Below are positions 7,776 through 14,408 of a stretch of DNA of 32,765 nt, piece by piece. Each line of letters opens with the position of its first letter. The first letter of the stretch is position 1. The notes under the pieces are model-generated. The model saw nothing but the letters and a program-made list of their open reading frames with translations. It had not been told where the DNA came from and did no database searches. The stretch covers positions 1-32,765 of the forward strand of contig JBFKDA010000002.1 of assembly GCA_041619955.1 (NCBI GenBank). Reading direction: 5' to 3'. The DNA comes from Acidimicrobiia bacterium (GTDB taxonomy: Bacteria; Actinomycetota; Acidimicrobiia; Spongiisociales; JAOTWH01). Position numbers and translations under genes: made by a program.

Positions 7776-10156
7776 CCCGAGCCCCCGCCGCCGCCGCCGA
7801 AGCCGCCGCCGCCCCCGAACCCGCCGAAGCCGCCGCCACCGAACCCGCCCGAGCCCCACGACGAGCCGCCGCCCCGGCCGGAGAAACCGCCACCCCCGCC
7901 GTACCCGCCGAACGTGCCGCCCTCCCACCACGAGCGCCGGTCGCCCGACCACGAGCGGTCGCGGTAGATCGGCTCCCACCCGAAGGCGCCGCCGTGGCCC
8001 CTGGTGACGACCCAATGGAAGAACAGCAGGGTGAACGGGTCGAACGACCGGAGGTCCGGCGGCAGGCGTTCCCCGGTCCAGGTGTCCGTCTGGCGGCGCG
8101 TTCCCTCGTGGGCGAGCTCGGGAGCGAACCGGTCGGCGTCGTCGATCTCAGAGGCCGCGAGCGCCGACCTGGTCTCGGCGTACGACAGCGCGAACGCCCG
8201 CGACCCGCGGGGGTCGGAGGCTCCGAATGCGGCCGCGACGTCGGCATAGGAGCCCTCCAGCCCGAGCGCCGCCAGCGCGGCGCGCGCCTCCACCCAGCGC
8301 CGCATCGCCTGGGCGGGCTCGAGCGAGATCGCCAGCATCGCCGCGATCGTCCGACGCGACTCGGCCTTCGGGACCTCGGCCGCGAGCTCGGTGAGGAGCG
8401 ACCGGTAGACATCGGCACCGTCGTCGCGGCGGCGGAGCAGGGCCGCGGTGATCGCCACGGGCAGGCCCAGCCGCTTGGCCTGGTCGCGCACCCGCGCCAC
8501 TTCGGCCTGGTCGCGCAACCCCGCCAGGGCGTACTCGACCGCTTCGGCCGCCGTGAAACCGTGCTCGCGGTGCTCCCGGTACGCCGCCAGGAACTCGCCG
8601 ACGGCGTCCTCGTCGCGGTTCATCAGGAGCAGTGCCGCGATGGCCGCGGTCGACAGGCCGTCGCTCGCCAGCGCGGTGCCCTCGAGCTCCAAGCGGCGGC
8701 GGAGCCGCTCGTAGCGCTCCAGCGCGACATCGGGGTCGTCCTCGAGATCGGCGAGCGCGGCGGCCACCGCGGGTCGGGCGGTCGAGCTGGGCAGCTTGCG
8801 GTAGACGTGGGTGAGCACCTCGGTCTTCGCGGTGGCGCGAGCCCTCGCGGCGGTCACCGCATCGATCGCGTCCGGGAGCGGCGCGCCCGGCTCCAGCGCG
8901 GCCGCCGACCGAAGCAGCCGCTCGCCGAGATCGGTCACCGCGACCGCGCCGATCGGCGTGTCCACGAGCCGGGCGTCGAGCGCGTCGCCGGCCCGGCGTC
9001 GGGCCGCGGCCACCCGATGCGGGCGCAGCGCCGCGACGAGGCGCGCCAGCTCGTTCAACCGGACGTCGAAGGCGTCGCCGTTGCCGGACGGCAGCTCGAC
9101 GCACTCGCGGGCGGTGGCCTGCACGGACTCCTCCAGGATCGCCCGCTCCCCGGCGGCGCGCAGCTCGAGCGGTACCTCGGTCGCGGTGGCCAGCGCGGCC
9201 CGATCGACGACGGCCAGCGCGCCCGCCGCCCACAGCCCCGCCAGCGCGTCGGAGCCGGCGGCGGCACCATGGCCCTCGGCCACCGACCGCAGCGCGGCGA
9301 GCGCGACCCCGGTCGCCGGTGGCTCGGTGTCCCCGGCCGGCACCGCGAAGTCACCGATCCGGGGAAGCTCGTGGCCGGCCACCTCGAGCCGCCCGAGCAC
9401 GTCGTCGACGAGCCGGCTGCGCCGCCGGGTGGCCGCGTCGCGTCGTTGCCGGGACCCCTGGACGGCCAGCGCGCCCGCCCCGAGCAGCGCGGCGCCCACG
9501 ATCACGGCGCCCACGGTGCGCCCCGAGGAGCCGCCGCCGTCGGGCGGGGTCGCCACCGGTTCCGGTTCTGGCGCCGGCGATGGCGAAGGGGCGCCTCCGC
9601 TGTCGAGCTGCGGCGCGCCGGTCACCTCGCCGAGCCAGACCTCGAGGCTGCCGAGCACGGCGATCAACCCGCCGTCGAAGTCGCCGCGTGCGAAGAAGCT
9701 CCGGCCGGCGCCTGCGACGTCGTCGAGCCCGCCGTCGGGGAGGCCCGGACCGACCCGGATCACGGTCTCGCGCTCGGCCAGCGCCACCACCACCACGATG
9801 CCGTCCCGGCGCTCGGCGTCGCCGACCCCCCAGGCGTTGCCGAGGTCGTCGCCGTAGCTCGCCACCGATCGGCCCCCGGTGGTGTCCACCACCACCACGG
9901 CGATCTCGGTGCCGTGACGCGCCACGAGCGCGCTCGCCGCCGCCTCCAGCGCGGCGTCGTCGGTGAGGACGCCGGCGGCGTCGGTCACCCATCCGTCGCA
10001 GGTGAACCCGTCGAACTGCGGGCATCGGGCCAGCTCGTCGACCTCGCCCTCCTGGGCGGCCGCAGGTGCCCCGACCACGGTCGCGCCGGCCAGCAGCAGT
10101 GCGGCCGGCAGCAGGGCGGCCAGCAGCAGGGCGGCCAGCGCGTCCTGGCGGGTCAT
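7769..10156 (-). CDS. TPM (TLP18.3/Psb32/MOLO-1) domain membrane protein with ~500-aa helical insert and Gly-rich tail
   Basis: ORF track 7769..10156(-), 795 aa. Signal peptide, then a TPM domain (VTDAAGVLTDDAALEAAASALVARHGTEIAVVVVDTTGGRSVASYGDDLGNAWGVGDAERRDGIVVVVALAERETVIRVGPGL). TM helix (GRTVGAVIVGAALLGAGALAV), then a long Ala/Leu/Arg-rich region. C-terminal GGTFGGYGGGGGFSGRGGGSSWGSGGFGGGGFGGFGGGGGFGGGGGGSGW (7772-7921). Its stop overlaps the TrmH start by 7 nt (ATGGTGA). Confidence 0.8.
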   Translation of the reverse strand: MTRQDALAALLLAALLPAALLLAGATVVGAPAAAQEGEVDELARCPQFDGFTCDGWVTDAAGVLTDDAALEAAASALVARHGTEIAVVVVDTTGGRSVASYGDDLGNAWGVGDAERRDGIVVVVALAERETVIRVGPGLPDGGLDDVAGAGRSFFARGDFDGGLIAVLGSLEVWLGEVTGAPQLDSGGAPSPSPAPEPEPVATPPDGGGSSGRTVGAVIVGAALLGAGALAVQGSRQRRDAATRRRSRLVDDVLGRLEVAGHELPRIGDFAVPAGDTEPPATGVALAALRSVAEGHGAAAGSDALAGLWAAGALAVVDRAALATATEVPLELRAAGERAILEESVQATARECVELPSGNGDAFDVRLNELARLVAALRPHRVAAARRRAGDALDARLVDTPIGAVAVTDLGERLLRSAAALEPGAPLPDAIDAVTAARARATAKTEVLTHVYRKLPSSTARPAVAAALADLEDDPDVALERYERLRRRLELEGTALASDGLSTAAIAALLLMNRDEDAVGEFLAAYREHREHGFTAAEAVEYALAGLRDQAEVARVRDQAKRLGLPVAITAALLRRRDDGADVYRSLLTELAAEVPKAESRRTIAAMLAISLEPAQAMRRWVEARAALAALGLEGSYADVAAAFGASDPRGSRAFALSYAETRSALAASEIDDADRFAPELAHEGTRRQTDTWTGERLPPDLRSFDPFTLLFFHWVVTRGHGGAFGWEPIYRDRSWSGDRRSWWEGGTFGGYGGGGGFSGRGGGSSWGSGGFGGGGFGGFGGGGGFGGGGGGSGW

Positions 10157-10234
10157 GGGGGCACGCTAGACCGGCCGGGCACAGCCCCTGTGCCGCCCGG
10201 CACCGACGGTGGGGGAGTCCCTACCCTGCGGACC

Positions 10235-10546
10235 ATGATCGACTTCGTACCGTGGATGATCCTGAGCACCGTCGTCATCGTGATCGTGGCGGCATGGGGC
10301 GCAGTGCGGGGCGGTGTGCTTCGGCCCGGCTTCCGGCACGACATGGAGCGGCTGCCCGACGCCGAGCGGGCATTCGCCGACTGCTTCGCGGCGCGGGGCC
10401 TCCCCGTCCCGCGGCTGGAGGTGTACCGGGACCCCGACGGCGAGGGGCTGCTGATCGTCGGGCCCGACCAGCTCGACGCCCGGGCGCAGGCGGCGCTCGC
10501 CGAGTGCGACCGCGAGCTGGCGCCACTGTTCTCCGCGGGCGGCTGA
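10235..10546 (+). CDS. Small membrane-anchored hypothetical protein
   Basis: In-frame tail of shadow ORF 7994..10546(+). ATG 10235: MIDFVPWMILSTVVIVIVAAWGAV (one TM), then a ~75-aa soluble part. No recognisable domain. Confidence 0.5.
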   Translation: MIDFVPWMILSTVVIVIVAAWGAVRGGVLRPGFRHDMERLPDAERAFADCFAARGLPVPRLEVYRDPDGEGLLIVGPDQLDARAQAALAECDRELAPLFSAGG

Positions 10547-10554
10547 TCCGGTCC

Positions 10555-11601
10555 GTGCGTGCGTTCTCGACGCTGACCCCGGGCGGGCAGGTACGCCGGT
10601 TGCGGCCGGTCGCCGCGGCTGCGCTGGCTCGCTTCGGGCTCGGCGGTGGGGCGCTGCGGCCGGTGCAGCACGGCGAGAACACGGTGTTTCGCGTCGACGC
10701 GCCCTCGGGAATGGCGGACCGGCCGGCGCGGCCGCCGTACGTCCCCGGCCGGTTTGCGCTTCGCGTCCATGGCATCGACTACCAGGACGCGGCCAGCATC
10801 AGGTCGGAGCTGGAGTGGCTGCAGGCGCTGGCGGGGGAGGGGCGCGCGGTCCCCGAACCGCTGCGTACGCCCGCCGGTGACCTGGTGGTCGGGGTGGAGG
10901 CACCCGGCGCGCTCGGGACGCGCCAGGTCAGCGTGCTCCGGTGGGTGGCCGGCCGGGCGATGCACGAGCCCCCGCCGCCGGGCCGGTACCGGGCGGCGGG
11001 AGCGGCCGTGGCGCTGCTCCACGACCACGCCGCCGGCTGGGTCCCGCCTCCCGGCTTCCGCCGGCACCGGTGGGACTGGGAGGGGCTGTTCGGCGCCTCG
11101 ATCACGTTCGCAGGCACGACGGTGGCCGAGGCGTGGCGGGAGGTGCCCCAGCTCCACCGGCGACGATGGCGGCGCGCCGCCGAGCGCTACCGCCACATCG
11201 AGGAGGACCTGACCGCCGCCGGGCTGGCGCCGGGCCTGATCCACGGCGACCCCCACTACGGCAACCAGCTCTACGCCGCCGGCGAGGCGCGCCTCGTCGA
11301 CTTCGACGACTGTGGCTGGGGTTGGGAGCTCTACGACGCCGCCGTTGCGCTCGGACGAGCCAGCCGGGTGTCGCCGCGGTGGGACGAGATCCACGGGGCG
11401 TTCTGGGACGGGTACCAGCGGCACCGGGCCAAACCGGGCCCGGACCTGCTGCGCCACCTCGACGGGTTCATCGCCGCCCGGGCGATCTCGGTGAGCCTTT
11501 GGGCGTTCGGGATGATCCGCATCAACCCGGACTTCGCCCGCTACGTGCCTGGCCTCGTCGCCGACAACGAAGAGTTGCTCGACACGATCCGCGTGTCCTG
11601 A
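10555..11601 (+). CDS. Phosphotransferase enzyme family protein (APH/homoserine-kinase-II-like fold)
   Basis: ORF track 10066..11601(+). Start moved to GTG 10555 (VRAFSTLTPGGQVRRL...). Catalytic loop LIHGDPHYGNQL and metal-binding VDFDDCGWG. Confidence 0.75.
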   Translation: MRAFSTLTPGGQVRRLRPVAAAALARFGLGGGALRPVQHGENTVFRVDAPSGMADRPARPPYVPGRFALRVHGIDYQDAASIRSELEWLQALAGEGRAVPEPLRTPAGDLVVGVEAPGALGTRQVSVLRWVAGRAMHEPPPPGRYRAAGAAVALLHDHAAGWVPPPGFRRHRWDWEGLFGASITFAGTTVAEAWREVPQLHRRRWRRAAERYRHIEEDLTAAGLAPGLIHGDPHYGNQLYAAGEARLVDFDDCGWGWELYDAAVALGRASRVSPRWDEIHGAFWDGYQRHRAKPGPDLLRHLDGFIAARAISVSLWAFGMIRINPDFARYVPGLVADNEELLDTIRVS

Positions 11602-11612
11602 CCGGCAGGGGG

Positions 11613-11638
11613 ATACCCCACCCCAGGTGGGGTGGTAT
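11613..11638. promoter_or_regulatory. CsoR operator (GC-rich pseudo-palindrome ATACCCCACCCCAGGTGGGGTGGTAT)
   Basis: Perfect core inverted repeat CCACCCCA gg TGGGGTGG (11618-11635), flanked by ATACC/GGTAT. It closely resembles the M. tuberculosis cso operator as I recall it (..CCCACCCCCAGTGGGGTGGG..). It overlaps the csoR ATG and a TATGCT -10-like hexamer (11636-11641). Confidence 0.7.
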
Positions 11639-11957
11639 GCTCGATGCCGTGAAACCACACCACAAACAGGCGTCGCTCAACCGGCTGAAGACCGTCCGCG
11701 GCCATCTGGACGCGGTGATCGGCATGGTCGAGGACGAGCGGTACTGCCCCGAGGTGATGAAGCAGGTGTCGGCTCTCCAGGGCTCGCTGGAGAGGGTCAA
11801 CCGGATCATGCTCCAGAACCACCTCGAGACCTGCGTGGCCCACGCCGTGGCCGATGGCCGCACCGCCGAGATCGTCGACGAGCTCATGGAGACGATGCGC
11901 TACACGGCTGCGGTCACGGGGCCCGCCCACGCCATCGACCCATCGGAGGAACCGTGA
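11637..11957 (+). CDS. csoR: Copper-sensing transcriptional repressor CsoR
   Basis: In-frame tail of ORF 10941..11957(+). Sequence MLDAVKPHHKQASLNRLKTVRGHLDAVIGMVEDERYCPEVMKQVSALQGSLERVNRIMLQNHLETCV carries the Cys-His-Cys Cu(I) ligand pattern (YC...H..TC). Alternative leaderless GTG start at 11649. Confidence 0.9.
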   Translation: MLDAVKPHHKQASLNRLKTVRGHLDAVIGMVEDERYCPEVMKQVSALQGSLERVNRIMLQNHLETCVAHAVADGRTAEIVDELMETMRYTAAVTGPAHAIDPSEEP

Positions 11958-12163
11958 TCACCGAGACCATCGCCGTGCCCGAGATCCACTGCGACCACTG
12001 CAAGACGTCGATCGAAGGGGCGGTGCGCGTGCTGGAAGGCGTCCAGACCGTCGACGTCGCGATCGACGCTCGCACCGTGACGGTGGAGTACGACGGGGCG
12101 GCGATCGATCGCGCGGCGATCACCGCCGCCATCGAGGACCAGGGCTACGAGGTGCCCGCCTAG
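11954..12163 (+). CDS. copZ: Heavy-metal-associated domain copper chaperone CopZ
   Basis: In-frame tail of ORF 11627..12163(+). GTG 11954 overlaps the csoR stop (GTGA). [24 protein letters not shown]... contains a CxxC metal site in a ~70-aa ferredoxin-like HMA domain. Confidence 0.85.
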   Translation: MITETIAVPEIHCDHCKTSIEGAVRVLEGVQTVDVAIDARTVTVEYDGAAIDRAAITAAIEDQGYEVPA

Positions 12164-12173
12164 CGGGCGGCGC

Positions 12174-14369
12174 ATGACCACGAGCAACCCGACCAGCGCC
12201 CCGACCGGCTCGGCCGCAACCCCGACCACGGAGATCGTGTTCGAGGTCGAGGGGATGACGTGCGCGTCGTGCGCGCAGCGGGTGGAACGCATCCTCGGCC
12301 GCCAGGAAGGGGTCGCGTCGGCGGTCGTCAACTTCGCCGCCGGGGAGGCGAGGGTCGCCGCGACCGACGGTGTCGCCGTCGACGACCTCGGCGAGGCGGC
12401 GGCCCGGATCGGGTACCGGCTCACGGCCCTCCCGTCCGGCGCCGAGCGCACCGACCACGCCGCTCGCTTCGACGAGGAGAGCCGGAGCCAGCTCCGGGTG
12501 TTCGCCGGCGCCGCCGCGTTCTCGATCCCGGTGCTGCTGCTCGCCATGCTCGGGCCCGACGCCACGTGGAGCCGGGTGGCACAGTGGGCCCTGGTCACCC
12601 CGGTCGAGTTCGTGTTCGGCGCGCAGTTCCACCGGGCGGCGGTCCGGCGGGCGCGGACGTTCGGGGCCAACATGGACACGCTCGTGTCGATGGGCACGCT
12701 GGCGGCGTACTTCTACTCGGTCTGGGCGGTCTTCGCGGCTGAGCCGGTGTTCTTCGACACGGCCGGGGTCATCGTCACCCTCATCCTGCTCGGCCGCTAC
12801 TTCGAGGCGCGCGCCAAGGGCCGTGCCTCGGGTGCGATCACCAAGCTGCTCGAGCTGGGCGCCAAGCGGGCCCGCATCCTGCGCGACGGCGAGGAGGTCG
12901 AGGTGGCCGCGGACCGGCTGCGCCCCGGCGACCTCATGGTCGTGCGGCCGGGCGAGAAGATTCCCACCGACGGCGAGGTCGAGGCGGGCGAGTCGGCGGT
13001 GGACGAGAGCATGCTCACCGGCGAGTCGGTCCCCGTCGACCGCGGGCCCGGGGATCCGGTGTTCGGGGCGACCGTCAACCAGCAGGGCCGGCTGGTGGTG
13101 CGGGCCACTCGGGTGGGCGGCCGCACGGCGCTGGCGCAGATCGTGCGCCTCGTCGAGGACGCGCAGGCGTCGAAGGCGCCTGTCCAGCATCTGGCCGACC
13201 GGGTCAGCGGCGTGTTCGTGCCGCTGGTCCTGCTGGTCGCGGTGACCACGTTCGCGGGGTGGATGCTCGTGGACGGGACGGTGCGCGACGCCATGCAGGC
13301 GGCGGTCGCGGTGCTCATCATCGCGTGCCCCTGCGCACTGGGCCTGGCCACGCCCACCGCCATCATGGTGGGCAGCGGCCGCGGCGCCGAGTTGGGCGTG
13401 GTGTTCAAGGGCGCGGAGGTGTTCGAGCGCTCCCGAGACGTCGACGTCGTGCTCTTCGACAAGACCGGCACGCTCACCCGCGGCCGCATGACGCTGGTCG
13501 CGGTCGAGGCCGACGACCCCGACCGGGTGCTCGGCCTCGCCGCCGCGGTGGAATCCGCGAGCGAGCACCCCGTCGGGCGGGCGATCGCGGCGGCGGCCGC
13601 CGACCGGGGGATCCCGGTCGCCGGGGTGGACGAGTTCGAGAGCTTCGCCGGCCGGGGCGTGCGGGGCCGGGTCGACGGCCTCGAGGTGGTCGTGGGCAAG
13701 CCGGAGCTGCTCGCCGACCGGGGAATCGTCGTCGGCGAGCGGTGGCGCGACGCAGTGGCTGCGCTGGAACAGGACGGGCGCACGGCCGTCGTGGTGGGCT
13801 GGGACGGCGCCGCTCGTGGCGCGCTGGGCGTCGCCGACGCGGTCCGCCCCGGTGCGGCGCCTGCCGTCGCCCGCCTCGCCGAACTCGGCGTGCGCAGCGC
13901 GATGATCACCGGCGACAACCAGCGGACTGCCGCCGCCATCGCCAGGGAAGTCGGCATCGACGACGTCGTGGCCGGGGTGCTCCCCGGCGGCAAGGCCGAC
14001 GAGGTGCGGCGGCGTCAGGCCGGTGGTGACGAGGTGGCGTTCGTCGGGGACGGCATCAACGATGCGCCGGCGCTGACACAAGCCGACCTCGGCATGGCCG
14101 TCGGCACCGGCACCGACGTCGCGATCGAGGCAGGCGACGTGATCCTGATGTCCGGCGAGCCCGCCCTGGCCGTCACGACCCTGGCGCTCGCCCGCCGCAC
14201 GTTCCGCACAATCCGCCAGAACCTGTTCTGGGCCTTCGGGTACAACGTGGCTGCGATCCCGCTTGCCGCGCTCGGGCTGCTCGACCCGATGGTGGCGGCG
14301 GCCGCCATGGCGTTCTCCAGCGTCTCCGTGGTGGGGAACAGCCTGCGGCTGCGCCGCTTCGGGCGGTAG
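12174..14369 (+). CDS. copA: Cu(I)-translocating P1B-type ATPase
   Basis: ORF track 12174..14369(+), 731 aa. N-terminal [21 protein letters not shown] ([13 protein letters not shown]), phosphorylation site DKTGTLT, hinge [10 protein letters not shown]. Confidence 0.95.
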   Translation: MTTSNPTSAPTGSAATPTTEIVFEVEGMTCASCAQRVERILGRQEGVASAVVNFAAGEARVAATDGVAVDDLGEAAARIGYRLTALPSGAERTDHAARFDEESRSQLRVFAGAAAFSIPVLLLAMLGPDATWSRVAQWALVTPVEFVFGAQFHRAAVRRARTFGANMDTLVSMGTLAAYFYSVWAVFAAEPVFFDTAGVIVTLILLGRYFEARAKGRASGAITKLLELGAKRARILRDGEEVEVAADRLRPGDLMVVRPGEKIPTDGEVEAGESAVDESMLTGESVPVDRGPGDPVFGATVNQQGRLVVRATRVGGRTALAQIVRLVEDAQASKAPVQHLADRVSGVFVPLVLLVAVTTFAGWMLVDGTVRDAMQAAVAVLIIACPCALGLATPTAIMVGSGRGAELGVVFKGAEVFERSRDVDVVLFDKTGTLTRGRMTLVAVEADDPDRVLGLAAAVESASEHPVGRAIAAAAADRGIPVAGVDEFESFAGRGVRGRVDGLEVVVGKPELLADRGIVVGERWRDAVAALEQDGRTAVVVGWDGAARGALGVADAVRPGAAPAVARLAELGVRSAMITGDNQRTAAAIAREVGIDDVVAGVLPGGKADEVRRRQAGGDEVAFVGDGINDAPALTQADLGMAVGTGTDVAIEAGDVILMSGEPALAVTTLALARRTFRTIRQNLFWAFGYNVAAIPLAALGLLDPMVAAAAMAFSSVSVVGNSLRLRRFGR

Positions 14370-14379
14370 CAGCCCCAGT

Positions 14380-14406
14380 GGCGAAGCGGAACCCAGCCGC
14401 TCCGCC
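14380..14406. terminator. Stem-loop between convergent copA and HD-GYP genes (possible bidirectional terminator)
   Basis: GGCGAAGCGG aacccag CCGCTCCGCC: 10-bp stem with one mismatch and a 7-nt loop. It lies in the 39-bp gap between stop codons 14367-14369 (+) and 14409-14411 (-). No U-tract. Confidence 0.4.
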
Positions 14407-14408
14407 GT

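Noticed and set aside
7772-7921. (CCGCCG)n / GGGF-coding low-complexity tract, considered as a separate repeat element or independent Gly-rich gene
   Set aside because: It is continuous in frame with the TPM protein. It matches the Gly-rich, Trp-terminated tail usual for YgcG/TPM-type proteins, so it is part of that CDS.
10178-10194. Palindrome GGCACAG-ccc-CTGTGCC in the divergent region between the TPM gene and the small membrane protein gene
   Set aside because: It has only 7-bp arms, no known operator consensus that I recognise and no second copy in the window. It could be chance in GC-rich DNA, so it is not reported as a feature.
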